64,000 nucleotides of DNA from the NCBI GenBank assembly GCA_963806975.1, contig CAWEAK010000005.1, forward strand, positions 164,855-228,854, given 5' to 3'. Below are positions 42,412 to 56,965 of the stretch, piece after piece. A program made the position numbers and the translations under genes. Position 1 is the stretch's first letter. The number at the start of each line of letters is the position of its first letter. This stretch comes from an uncultured Spirochaetota bacterium. Its GTDB lineage: Bacteria; Spirochaetota; Brevinematia; Brevinematales; JAOACQ01. The notes beneath the pieces are model-generated. The model was not told the DNA's origin. It saw only the letters and a list, made by a program, of their open reading frames with translations, and did not search any database.

Positions 42412-42683
42412 AGCTTATAAACTGAATCTTAATTGGTTTGCGATAGCAAAGCGATTTAGATTCAGTTATAACTCATGTGTTTACAAAGGTTTACTACGGT
42501 TACCGAGCTCACCGAGGCACTGGCCAAAACAGAAAGAAAGGAATAAAGCATTTTGCCCCCTTTATGCCATAAAGTTCCTCCGCTCCGGAATAAAATTTTA
42601 CCGTTATCAATTTTTGTGCTAACATAACAGTGTATGAATTCTTTAACTGGAAGCCATTTCTTTAATAACTTGGAGGAATAATT

Positions 42684-43539
42684 ATGTTTCGTTTTAGTAT
42701 TTTTTTATCGGTAATCTTTATTGTTGCTATCAATTCAACCCGGGCAAATGATAATAATCCGGCGGATGTTTCTGTAAAATCATATCAAATTGATGAACAA
42801 TTATCGATCAGGGAAATCAGGCCCGATCTATTTTTGGTAATCCATGCCTACCCATGGCCTGCCAATTCATTAATAGCCATAATGGATGACAGCAGTATTT
42901 TAATAATTGACACACCCTATTCCCCTGATGCAATGGAAAAAGTATTAAACTGGATTACCCAAAAATTTGGAAAAAGAAAAATACAGGCTATAAATACTCA
43001 TTTTCATGTTGACCGGCTTGGAGGGAATGAGGCGCTTGTAAAAGCAAAAATACCTGTATATGGCTCTGATTTAACCGTTTCTGAAATATCCGGTAAGGGT
43101 CAAAGATCGCTTCAACTGACGGCGAGCTGGATTAGTGATGAAAAATTAAAAAACTATTATTTGAATTTTAAGTATGTCGCTCCGACAAAAATATTTGAGG
43201 CAAAAAAAGGTCTTAAATTAATATTCGGTAAAGAAATTGTGTTTATAAAATATTATGGGGTAGCACATACGGTTGATAATTTAGTGGTATACCTGCCAGG
43301 AAAAAAGACATTATTTGCCGGCTGTATGATTATTGCAAATAAACAAAATTTAATCGGAAATGCGAGTGACGGTGATATACTTGAATGGAAAAAGACGCTT
43401 TCGAAAATCGATACCAATGATATCGATTTAGTCATACCCGGGACATGGCGAAACCGGAGGAGTCGATCTAATATCGCATACAATGAATTTGGTAGAAAAA
43501 GAAATAGAAAATACAAAAAAAGGAGATACTCAAAAATGA
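42684..43539 (+). CDS. Subclass B1-like metallo-beta-lactamase fold protein (+1 frameshift near 43441)
   Basis: Signal peptide, HFHVDRLGG, AHTVDN, LFAGCM; deleting one G gives VIPGHG and a stop at 43537-43539 (284 aa). Confidence 0.8.
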
Positions 43540-44327
43540 AACATTTGACGATATTTATTTTTCTGATGGCTGCATCGTTTTCCTGTGCCGACGGTAAAAT
43601 TACTGGGACGGTTTCAATTGATGACTTAAGTAGTTATTTTACAGGTTTTAACGGATGTTTTATTCTATACGATGAATCAAATAATGAATATACAATATAT
43701 AATGAAAATAAGATTCAAATAAGAGTCTCTCCATGTTCAACTTATAAGATTATTCATTCTTTAATAGGATTAGAAACTGGAGTTTTAAAAGATGAAAATA
43801 CAGTATTTAAATGGGACGGTACTCAGTATCCTATCGAGAGCTGGAATAAAGATCAGACCCTAACTTCAGCTGTATCAAATTCGGTAGTCTGATACTTCCA
43901 GAAGGTGGCTCTGGCGGTTGGTAAGGACAGAGAACAGAATTATCTTGATAAAATAAATTATGGAAATAAAGATTTATCGGGAGAAATTACAAATTTCTGG
44001 CTTCAGTCATCCCTGAAAATATCACCGATGGAACAGATAGAAATTTTAAAAAGATTTTATTATTACCAGTTGCCTTTTTCAAAGCGGAATATTAATATTG
44101 TAAAAAAGATTTTAATTCTCCTTCAGGAAAATGGGGCTAAGATATCAGGCAAGACAGGTTCGGGCGTTATAGACAATAAGAATGTAAACGGCTGGTTTAT
44201 CGGATATTTGGAAAAAGATAAAAATATTTATTTTTTTGCCGCTAATATTGAAGGTGAAGAAGGCGCAACAGGCTATAAAGCCAGGGAAATCGCCTTAAAA
44301 ATATTAAAAAATAAAGGAATCAAATAA
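43536..44327 (+). pseudogene. Class D (OXA/BlaR sensor-like) beta-lactamase with in-frame TGA at 43890
   Basis: AGGAG RBS, signal peptide, STYK, SVV*YFQ (normally SVVW), YGN, FWLQSSLKISP, KTG. Confidence 0.82.
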
Positions 44328-45527
44328 TGGCAGATAAAAAGAAATCAGGATCAAGCCTCAGGCTTGTTTTTGAAATATTTGCTGTAACATTAAAACTGGG
44401 ATTAACCTCTTTCGGCGGACCAATTGCCCATCTGGGTTATTTTTATAATGAATATATCATAAAAAGAAAATGGATGGATGAAAATAGTTATGCCGACCTC
44501 GTGGCGCTCTGCCAGTTCCTTCCCGGACCAGCAAGCAGCCAGCTTGGAATTGGTATAGGCACAATCCGTGCGGGTTTAATGGGCGGCATCACTGCCTGGC
44601 TTGGATTTACCTTACCTTCATTCATTGCCCTGGTTCTATTTGCCTTTCTGTTAAAAAGCTTTAATGTCAGCGGAAGCGGCTGGATTCATGGACTTAAGAT
44701 TGTCGCAGTAGCCATTGTCGCTCAGGCAGTCATCAGTATGGGACAAAAGCTGACACCCGACCGCAACAGGGTAACTATCGCCATTACGGCAATGGTAATA
44801 ATCTTATTATGGCATACAGCTTTCGTTCAGATAATCCTTATCTTCGCAGGCGGTTTATTTGGCCTATGGTTATATAGAAAAAACGATATTCCCGAGGTTT
44901 CCATTGTAAAAGTATCAGTAAGCCGAAAAACAGGAATAATCTGCCTGATCATATTCTTCCTTTTACTTGTTTTATTTCCCATACTTCGTCAGATAACGGG
45001 AAATCAGTGGTTTGCCGTCACAGACAGTTTTTATCGCACGGGGTCACTTGTTTTCGGCGGAGGGCATGTACGTACTTCCCCTGCTTGAGAAGGAGGTTGT
45101 TCCAAATGGATGGATCAGCAGGGATGACTTTTTAGCCGGATATGGAGCAGCTCAGGCTGTCCCGGGGCCTCTCTTTACATTCGCCGGATACCTTGGGGCA
45201 ATAATCTATGGTATTCCCGGAGCCATACTTACAACCGTAGCTATCTTTCTTCCCGGATTTCTTCTAATAATAGGAGTGTTACCATTCTGGAGTACGCTTA
45301 GAAAAAATCAAAGAGTCCAGGGCGCCTTGACCGTTGTAAATGCCGTTGTAGTCGGAATCCTGCTCGCGGCGCTGTACAATCCGCTTTGGGTTTCCGCGAT
45401 TCTCTCACCATTTGATTTTGCGCTACTTGTTATACTGTTCGGTATACTGGTCTTCTGGAAATTACCGCCCTGGGTCATTGTTATAGCCGGGGCCATCGGC
45501 GGCACCATTATTAAATTGTATTTCTGA
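44327..45527 (+). CDS. chrA: Chromate efflux transporter (+1 frameshift near 45071)
   Basis: SFGGPIAHLG, CQFLPGP, FGGGHV(VLPLL), AQAVPGP; 399 aa when corrected. Confidence 0.9.
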
Positions 45528-45749
45528 ATAAACTTTAGCACAAGATATGCACAATGGGAAGTTTTGTTTTTTTACCGGCTAAAGATTGAATATAAGTCTT
45601 TCAAGCTGGTAAGTCCGGCCAGCATAATGATCATATCAAAAATATGCACATCTAAAAATTTAATAAAAACACACAATTCCTTTCTCATATTCTAATAATT
45701 AATCCTTATAATATAAGGATATGGAATCGATTTAATTCGGGAGGATATT

Positions 45750-48258
45750 ATGATGAAAGCCGATGCCCATGTCCATTCAAAATTTTCCGACCATCCCTCG
45801 GAGTGGTTTCTTCAGAGAATAGGAACAGCGGAATCATATACTGAGCCTGATTTTATATATCAGACGGCGGTAAGCCGGGGAATGGATTTTGTTACCATTA
45901 CAGATCACAACAATATCCGCGGAGCGCTTTACTTAAAAGAAAAGCATCCCGAAAGAGTTTTTATCGGTGTCGAAGCTACGGCCTATTTTCCCGAGGATGG
46001 CTGTAAGATTCATATACTTATTTATGGAATAACCGAGAAAGAGTTCGCGGATATAGAGAAGAAAAGAGAAAATATTTATGAGTTGAGAAAATATATTAAA
46101 GAGAAAGAGCTTGCTTATTCCATCGCGCATGCAACCTATTCGGTAAATAACAGAATCACCACCGAGCATCTGGAAAAACTCATACTTCTATTTGATGTTT
46201 TTGAGGGAATGAACGGCGCAAGGGATAAGATACATAATAAAGGCTGGATGAAAATTTTGAAGGAACTGACTCCTCATGACATAGAAAAACTTCATTTAAA
46301 GCATGGGATTGAACCGATAAGCGACACACCCTGGATTAAGGGCTTTACAGGCGGTTCGGATGATCATGCCGGTTTATTTATCGGTAAAACCTATTCTGTA
46401 GGCTATGCCAGGACACCTGAAGAGTTTGTTGACTCAATCCGGGATAAAAAAAGCATCGCTGAAGGAAGGCATAACAATTTTCAGTCCCTGGCTTTTGCGA
46501 TTTATAAAATCGCTTTCGATTTTTCTATGCGATACACATCGAAATATACATCGAAGTCCGCACCGAAAAATTCATTTATAAGCCAGATTACAAGATTTGT
46601 TTTTGAAGAAAGCCGTCTGACATTTTTTGATAAGATTAAAATAAACCGGATTAAATCGCAAAAAGAGGGCAAGATTAAAAAGATGCTAGTGGAACTTGTG
46701 GAAGAAATCCAGACTCAGCAGGATGATAATGTTGAAAAGAAGCTTGAGCTTGTTTATGATAAAGTCAGCGCGATAGCCGATGAGTTTTTAAGGATTCTGA
46801 CATCATCGCTTGAAAAGAATTTAAAGGAAGGGAATATTGTAAGTCTTATCAAAAATATTTCCCTATCACTGCCGGGAATTTTCCTTTCTGTACCTTTTAT
46901 GACCACATTCCAGCATATGCACAGCAACAAACATCTTATTCATGATTTGAATGTTTCGCTTGAAAAAAAGAGGCGGCATGAAAGTAAACGCATATTCTGG
47001 TTTACAGATACCTTAAATGATCTGAACGGCGTATCGATTACTCTGAAAAAAATAGGCTGGCTTTGCCATCAAACGGGAAGGGATTTGAGGATTGTAACAT
47101 CACTTCTACCTGAAGAAATAAGCAAGGATATTCCACCGGAGGTTATCAACCTTCCGGCAAGCTACAGTTTTAAACTCCCCTATTATGAGAAAATTTCTTT
47201 AAAGATCCCGTTGGTTTTAACGGCTTTAAAGGAGCTCTATGAGTTTGACCCGGACGAAATAATAATCTCAACTCCCGGCCCTATCGGGCTTATGGGTTTG
47301 TTAATCAGCAAACTTTTAAAAACAAAATGCTCAGGTGTTTATCATACAGATTTTACAAATGAAGTTATGGAAATAACAAAGGAAGAAAGCATAGCAGTCA
47401 TGATCAGAGACTTATACCAAATGGTTTTATTCAACTATGGATGAGATAAGGGTTCCGACCGGGGAATATATGAATTTACTGGAAGAGAGAGGTTTTGAAC
47501 GGAATAAAATGACCCTATTCAAAAGAGGCATAGATACAGGTGTTTTTGCGCCTAAAAACGGGCTTCTGAAAGAAAAGATGGGCATAAAGAGCGGGATTAA
47601 TCTATTGTATGCAGGAAGAATATCAAAAGATAAAAATCTCGATTTTCTGTCTCTTGTTTATGATAATCTCTTAAAGAAAATAAACAAATTGAATCTGATC
47701 ATTGTCGGCGACGGTCCATACCTACCCGAAATGAAGACAAGATATAAGAAAAATGAAAGAGTCTTTTTTACAGGCGCTTTAGACAACAAAGACCTGCCTG
47801 AGATTTATTCTTTCTCCGATATTCTGGTATTCCCAAGTACAACGGATACATTCGGGATGGTTGTTCTTGAAGCCCAATCATGCGGCTTACCTGCTATTGT
47901 TTCCGATACCGGAGGGCCTAAAGAAATTATAAAAAACGGTATTACGGGTTGGGCTTTAAGCATTAATCATGAAGAATGGGAAGAAAAGATACAGAGCCTT
48001 ATCGATATGATTTTAAACAATCATCAGGAATATTTAAAGATGAGGAATGAAACCAGGAAGATGATTACTGATAAATTCGGCTGGGGCGAAGTTTTAAGCG
48101 AACTGTTTGAGGATAAAGCCTTTAAAAATGATGTGCTTGTTAAAAAACCTGAAATCTCTGAAATACAAATTAATAATGATGAAAGTTCAGAATTACTATT
48201 AAAAAAAGGGAAAGGGCTTAATTCCATTCTGAAGAAGATGGAATTATTAGGAGTCTGA
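45750..48258 (+). CDS. PHP domain plus GT4 glycosyltransferase fusion (+1 frameshift near 47406)
   Basis: DAHVHS, TITDHN, GGSDDH; NGVS, YHTDF, GRISKDKN, DTFGMVVLEAQSCG; corrected junction MIETYTKWFYSTMDE. Confidence 0.88.
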
Positions 48259-48277
48259 TAGCGTTGAAAATATAAAG

Positions 48278-48310
48278 AACTCCGGCGGTTTCGTTAAACC
48301 GCCGGAGTTT
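48278..48310. terminator. Hairpin terminator between convergent genes
   Basis: AACTCCGGCGGTTT-loop-AAACCGCCGGAGTT. Confidence 0.8.
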
Positions 48311-48337
48311 GTGTTAAGCCTAAAAGAATTTAACATT

Positions 48338-49819
48338 TTATTGTTCAACACTTCTGTAATAACTATATCCGTCTTTAGTTTCCAGGAAGATGAATGACTT
48401 TGTGTTTTTGTTTTTATCCGCAAAAGCCTTAAGATCTTTAAGACTCTTAATCTCCTCATTATTTATCGAAGAAACGATTGAACCCTCGTCCAGTACGCCA
48501 GAGAAAATGCTGTCAGGGCTTACGCTTTCAACATAAACTCCGTATTTCGCATCATTTTGATCCAGAGCTTCCTGAGTGGCTTCTGCAAATTGAGCTCCTT
48601 TAAAGTCAACAGTATTTCCAGGATTCTGTCCGTTCTGCGTTTGATTTTGAGTAACAGTACCGTTTGGCCTTTCCCTTAAAGTAATATTCATTGTGAGTCT
48701 AGTTTTATTGCGGAAAATTTCAACCTTTATAGTGCTGTTAGGTGTCATTTCGCTGATTTTTGACTGCAGTACCGCGCTGCCGGAGATAGCCGCATCATTA
48801 ATTTTAGTGATTATATCTCCGCTTTGTATGCCTGCTTTATCAGCCGGCCCGTTTTTCTCAACCTTGGAAACGAAAACCCCCTCATTTTCGGCAAGGCCTA
48901 ATTCTTTTCTGGTTTTGCTGTCGATATCATCTATAAATATGCCTATATAGCCCCTTTGAACCTTACCATGAGCTATAAGCTCTTGTGAAACATACCTTGC
49001 CATGTTGATAGGAACGGCAAAACTTATTCCCTGATAACCTCCGCTCTGAGACTGAATGGCTGTGTTAATACCGACAACCTGCCCCTTTAAATTAACAAGA
49101 GGACCGCCCGAATTTCCGGGATTCACTGCGGCGTCGGTCTGAATAAAATGCTGATAACCTGTCATTCCCTGCCTGCCGATATAGCTGATTACTCCAAATG
49201 TAAATGTCTGACTGAGGCCGAACGGATTGCCGAACGCGAAAACCAGATCCCCAACCTGGGACTCACCTGAATCACCTATAGCTACAACAGGCAGATCATT
49301 AGCGTTAATTTTAAGAAGGGCTACATCGGTTTCCGCATCATAGCCGACAACCTTTGCATTGAATTTACGGTTGTCTGACATGATCACCACGATCTTTGTC
49401 GCTTCTTTGACAACATGGTAGTTGCTTAGGATATAACCGTCTTTCGTGATAATAAACCCTGAGCCAAGAGCCTGAAGCTTTCGTTTGAATTCCCTGGGCA
49501 TCTGCCCCTGATTTCCTTCATCGCCGAAAAACCTCCGTAAAAACGGGTCATTAAACATATCGCCGTATGGATTCCGGACTACCTGGTCGCTTTCCACATT
49601 AATGCTGACAACGGCAGGCATAACGCTCTTTGCTATAACCCGGAATATATCCTGCATTTTAAGCATATCAGAGAAACTATTTGCCGATTCAACATCTTTA
49701 TTCTTTGAACCCAGGCTCAGGTTTCCCGGAAATATAGATACCTTCAGCAGGAAAATTCCCCCAAACACCATGGCAACAGTAACTGTTGCCTTGAGTAGTA
49801 ATTTTTTCCACTGTTTCAT
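48338..49819 (-). CDS. degP: HtrA/DegP family serine protease with two PDZ domains
   Basis: GSGFII, SNYHVV, DVALLKI, QTDAAVNPGNSGGPL, PDZ segments. Confidence 0.93.
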   Translation of the reverse strand: MKQWKKLLLKATVTVAMVFGGIFLLKVSIFPGNLSLGSKNKDVESANSFSDMLKMQDIFRVIAKSVMPAVVSINVESDQVVRNPYGDMFNDPFLRRFFGDEGNQGQMPREFKRKLQALGSGFIITKDGYILSNYHVVKEATKIVVIMSDNRKFNAKVVGYDAETDVALLKINANDLPVVAIGDSGESQVGDLVFAFGNPFGLSQTFTFGVISYIGRQGMTGYQHFIQTDAAVNPGNSGGPLVNLKGQVVGINTAIQSQSGGYQGISFAVPINMARYVSQELIAHGKVQRGYIGIFIDDIDSKTRKELGLAENEGVFVSKVEKNGPADKAGIQSGDIITKINDAAISGSAVLQSKISEMTPNSTIKVEIFRNKTRLTMNITLRERPNGTVTQNQTQNGQNPGNTVDFKGAQFAEATQEALDQNDAKYGVYVESVSPDSIFSGVLDEGSIVSSINNEEIKSLKDLKAFADKNKNTKSFIFLETKDGYSYYRSVEQ

Positions 49820-49862
49820 AAAAAACCTCCTGTGGTAAAATAACATTTTTTAAAAAGATAAT

Positions 49863-49882
49863 AATACTACGCATGTAGTATT
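49863..49882. promoter_or_regulatory. BlaI/CopY-type operator upstream of degP
   Basis: AATACTAC-GCAT-GTAGTATT palindrome. Confidence 0.7.
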
Positions 49883-49956
49883 TTGAAATAAAGGAACCTT
49901 CATTTTTACCTTATTAACAATCTACGAACCATAAACCAGTTCAAACGCTACGTTTG

Positions 49957-51034
49957 TTATATTATGCCAAACCGGCTTTTCAATACCATAGAAATAATAA
50001 TAATAGAAAACGCGATTAATACAATATTGGTTATAAATCTCAATCTCCCGCTTTTTTTCTTTTTAGATTCCAATAAATATTTTAATCTCCTGACTACTTC
50101 TGAATTTGAAGAAATTAAGTTCGAGACCAAAGCGGGAGATGTAATTAAAAAACTATTCAATATCTTCTCAATTAGAACTGCCAGATCAAATTTATTCCGT
50201 GTCGCTTCATCGCATGCCAGTTCAGCAGTATAAGATATCTGTTTTGCATATTTATGTATAAATGGAATATACCAAAAAATAAAGCTGATTAATTTTATAA
50301 ACATATTTGAAACGATATCCAGCCATCGGATATGACCGAATTCATGGTCAATCAATGCCGCTACTTCTTCCTGAGAAAGCTTCCTGTACAAAGAATCCGG
50401 AATTATAATTTTCGGTTGTAATAACCCAAAAGAAAATGGGGATATTCCTTTCTCATCTGTTAGTAATATTTTTACCCGGCTTTTTATCAAACGCTTTTCC
50501 AGTATCTTGAGATAAATTATCAGGCTTTATTTCTAGGAAACTTGCATAATTTTGCTTCAAATTGAACCGGGAAATAATAATGCCAATCAAGTATTTCGCA
50601 GTAAAAACAATCGAACCACTAATTAAGATTGAAACCATTATAAATGTGATAGTGAATCCGGCATTCTGAGTAATCAAATCTGCAAAGCTTACAGTAAAAA
50701 GATTATATATGGAAAGCTCCAGGTAAGAATATGCTGGTATAAAGGGTTTGTAAAATATGGCCCCAACATAAGCCGATAGAGAAAATGGAAGACGGTTAAC
50801 TATATCTATACCATACGCTATTGCCCATCTGGACAAATCATACTGGAAGAATATATCGTATAGAATTTTAATGAAGGGTATCATCCGCAGAAAATAGATA
50901 AACCTGAATTTTTGCTGCTTTTTCAAACGGAAAGCAAAAATAAATAACTCAACAAAAAGCACACTCACGAAAAAGCTTATTACCGCATTGAGATAAATAT
51001 TGGCGGCATAATAAACGGCTACCGGGTTTATCAT
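49957..51034 (-). CDS. BlaR1-like M56 metallopeptidase without penicillin-binding domain (+1 frameshift near 50509)
   Basis: TM helices, SPFSFGLLQPKIIIP, HEFGH, ELACD; corrected junction LSKILEKRLIKS. Confidence 0.85.
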
Positions 51035-51438
51035 AAACCGCCTCCTTCCCGGGATTCTCTATCTACTTCCTTCTTTTTCTTGTCAATAAGCCTGCCGATA
51101 AGTTCCAGGTCTTCCGCTTTAATATCTATGGAATTGTCAATCAGATAATTAACCATCTGAAAGCTTTTACCTCCAAAAATAGATTTTTTAATCTTTTCAA
51201 GCATACCGCCGATTTCCGCGTCTTTTTCTTTCTTATATATATAAATATAATTCTTCCCCTCTTTTGTCCGGTCAACAAGTTTCTTATTAAACATTCTGGA
51301 AAGAACAGTCATAATAGTGGTATATGCGATGTTATTTCCGATTAATTTCTGAACCTCAAGGACAGTCGCCTGTTTCTTCTCCCAGAGTATATTTAGAATT
51401 TTTAATTCCAGCTCTCCGAATTTTCTTTTTTCTTCCAT
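51031..51438 (-). CDS. BlaI/MecI/CopY family repressor
   Basis: GELELKILNILW, AYTTIMTVLSRM. Confidence 0.93.
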   Translation of the reverse strand: MEEKRKFGELELKILNILWEKKQATVLEVQKLIGNNIAYTTIMTVLSRMFNKKLVDRTKEGKNYIYIYKKEKDAEIGGMLEKIKKSIFGGKSFQMVNYLIDNSIDIKAEDLELIGRLIDKKKKEVDRESREGGGL

Positions 51439-51468
51439 AGCATTTTCCTTTATCTATCTTTCAATAAT

Positions 51469-51497
51469 AATATACTACATTTGTAGTAGAATGTCAA
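51469..51497 (-). promoter_or_regulatory. sigma70 promoter with overlapping BlaI-type operator
   Basis: TTGACA-17-TATATT on the minus strand; TACTACA-TT-TGTAGTA at 51473-51488. Confidence 0.75.
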
Positions 51498-51576
51498 GTA
51501 AAAACTTTCTCTTTTCAAAATTATTAAGTGATTAATTGAATAAAAAGATGCGGTTTTACAACTATTTTTTATAATT

Positions 51577-52320
51577 TCATTCTCTTCCGGGAAAGTGAAT
51601 ATCAGCTTTGTTTAAGTTAAAAGGTGTCCCTTGAAAATCACTAAATTCTCTTATTTTATTATCTAGTTCTTTATTTAGAGATAGAATATCTTTCTGGAGT
51701 TCTTTATAGTTATAGCCAAGTGAATAAACAATCCTATTAATTTGTAAAGAATCATATATATCATAATTAGAATTATATGTGGCTATTCTACCATCTAATC
51801 TATCTTTTTTTATAATTTCGAAATTACTATCAACGATTGCAATTTCTTCCTTTATACACTTTTTATATTCTTCAATAATCACCTCAATATATTCATTTTC
51901 TCTAATATTTAAAGAATATAATAATACATTACTTATAATTTTTTCTTTTTCAAATAGATGCTTATCTAATGAATTTTTAAACATATTAAATTGAATTTTA
52001 TTATCAATATCTTTATTTAATCTGTTAATTTTTATTTCCTGTTCCTTTAATTTTTTCTTTAATTCTTTTGGATATACAATATTACCAATATAAACAATTA
52101 TTGCAGTAATACCAATCAACAAAGTAACACCTATTCCAAGTACACCAATTAGTATACTCATTCTATTGTTATAAAATGTCTCTATCTTATCCAAAAAACC
52201 TACGGCATAATCATTTGTAATTTGAATAGTTATAAAATTAGTGATAGTCAAATAATTTGCTTGTCCGAACGTTATATTTACCAAACATAACAAAAAATAA
52301 ATAATAACTGCCCGCTTCAC
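51577..52320 (-). CDS. Hypothetical membrane protein (very AT-rich)
   Basis: 247-aa ORF with AGGAG upstream, signal peptide plus one TM helix. Confidence 0.65.
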   Translation of the reverse strand: MKRAVIIYFLLCLVNITFGQANYLTITNFITIQITNDYAVGFLDKIETFYNNRMSILIGVLGIGVTLLIGITAIIVYIGNIVYPKELKKKLKEQEIKINRLNKDIDNKIQFNMFKNSLDKHLFEKEKIISNVLLYSLNIRENEYIEVIIEEYKKCIKEEIAIVDSNFEIIKKDRLDGRIATYNSNYDIYDSLQINRIVYSLGYNYKELQKDILSLNKELDNKIREFSDFQGTPFNLNKADIHFPGRE

Positions 52321-52471
52321 TCCTTACTCCTTGGGTAAATTCTTGTGACAGTTCTCAACATCAGCTGTAGTTATGCTCACCGCAAAATGCCGAATGACTA
52401 ATTGTAAGTCTTTAACTTGTTGATCATAATACATACGTTGAAACAAGTCAAATTTGATTGTTCAATCAGCT

Positions 52472-52849
52472 TTACCCTTCTCGTCTTTCTTCATTTTCAC
52501 AGTCCTGAAGCGAATCAAAATTCCTTTTGTATTTTAAAATAAAAATCCCCGAAACAAAAACAAAAACGAGAAAAGCCATCTGCAAAAGCAATCCACTATT
52601 ACTCAAAATCGTCAAATTCCAAAGATGATAAGTCGCATAAATATTAACAATTACATCAATCACCATAATTATCAAAATCAGAAATATTCCCAAACCAGCA
52701 TTAATAAAAAGAACGATTATCATTAATGGATCAATAAAGGTTAAAGAGGTCCAGAAAATATTCAAAATAAAAGGCGCTCCAAACCACTTTGTATAAGGTA
52801 AGAAGCCTTTGTCCATCAATTGTAAAATGTGATTCCATGTAGCTCCCAA
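52472..52849 (-). CDS. Hypothetical multi-pass membrane protein (start probably further upstream)
   Basis: FWTSLTFIDPL and hydrophobic helices; frame is open to ~52940. Confidence 0.65.
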   Translation of the reverse strand: MGATWNHILQLMDKGFLPYTKWFGAPFILNIFWTSLTFIDPLMIIVLFINAGLGIFLILIIMVIDVIVNIYATYHLWNLTILSNSGLLLQMAFLVFVFVSGIFILKYKRNFDSLQDCENEERREG

Positions 52850-52957
52850 AAGACAAACCGAATATAATAGAATGGTAAGCTTTATCCATAAATGCTTGGC
52901 CAGGAAATCTATAAATATTTTTCTTATAAATAATTCACATAATCAAAATTTAAAAAA

Positions 52958-53406
52958 TCATTTCTTCCAATTTTGTATTTCTATAAAATTTCCCTCGGGG
53001 TCTTCCGCAAAAACTGCCGTTAATAAACCAAGATTCTCATACTGCTTTTTAACTACTCTTCCAAGCTTCTTTCCGCCATATTTTATTAAATTTGCTAATA
53101 CTTCTTCTACATCATCAACATGAAATGCTATATGTCCGAATCCCTGCCGATTAATATGAGACGTACTCCTGGAAAAGTCCGGCTCATACTGAAATATCTC
53201 TAAAGTGGGTCCATCTTCATATCCTGGTAAACTAAGATGAATACCTTTAATTCTAACATTATTTATATTAGTCATATTATCTATCCATTCACCCGAAAGG
53301 TCTCTCTCGGGATATAAAGGTTTACAATTAAAAACCTTTATGTAAAATCAGATAATTTTCTCCAATCTTTTGCAACAATATCAGTATGAACAAATTTTAT
53401 TTCCAT
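52958..53406 (-). CDS. VOC/glyoxalase family protein (-1 frameshift in a T run near 53345)
   Basis: MEIKFVHTDIVAKDWRKLSDF(Y)..., GFGHIAFHVDD, DPEGNFIEIQ. Confidence 0.85.
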
Positions 53407-53767
53407 AAAAGCCTCCTCAATTTAGATGTATTACAAAAAATCCAAAAATAAACTTCCGCATATTCGATATAATTCCGGATAGACTTGTTATGATTCCATT
53501 TACTTAATCGCGGTATCGGTATGAACAACGATACAACCGACGCATTGACGTGTAACTGCTGCTAATAAGATAATAAGCTCAAGTTTTATCGCATCAATGG
53601 CATAAGTCTTGGCTAATATTTTTTTAACTTTTTACAAATGATGAATTTATTACTTGCTTTAATTCTGAACGATTAATAAACCGGATAGATATTATTCATA
53701 AAATTAATGAATGTTTATTGAAAAGCTGCTAATGGGTGGAACAGCGACCATTATGTTAATAAAAAAA

Positions 53768-53875
53768 GCCTGACGACACCTACTTTCCCCCGAAGAGTAT
53801 CATCGGCGACACAGGGCTTAACTTCCGGGTTCGGAATGGGACCGGGTGTAACGCCTGCGCTATGGTCATCAGGCA
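53768..53875 (-). rRNA. rrf: 5S rRNA
   Basis: GCCTGATGACCATAGCG...CCCATTCCGAACCCGGAAGTTAAG...GTCAGGC. Confidence 0.95.
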
Positions 53876-53947
53876 AATTAAGACGACAAGGAAATAACAA
53901 GGGGTTAAAACCCCTTGTCAACCCTTGACAAGAATAAAGGAAAGAAA

Positions 53948-56893
<2,946 letters not shown>

Positions 56894-56965
56894 TTTCTTA
56901 CCTTATTCCTATAACCTATTTTAGTCGGCAGTCAACAGTCGATTAGTCTACAGTCTTTTGCCGAT

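Noticed and set aside
42684-43892. Genuine MBL/class D fusion protein of 402 aa
   Set aside because: One extra G removes the last Zn-ligand His; the class D part has its own RBS, ATG and signal peptide
43890-43892. TGA=Trp recoding (genetic code 4)
   Set aside because: TGA ends many genes normally (6214, 42411, 45527) and other Trp codons are TGG; a point change or error is simpler
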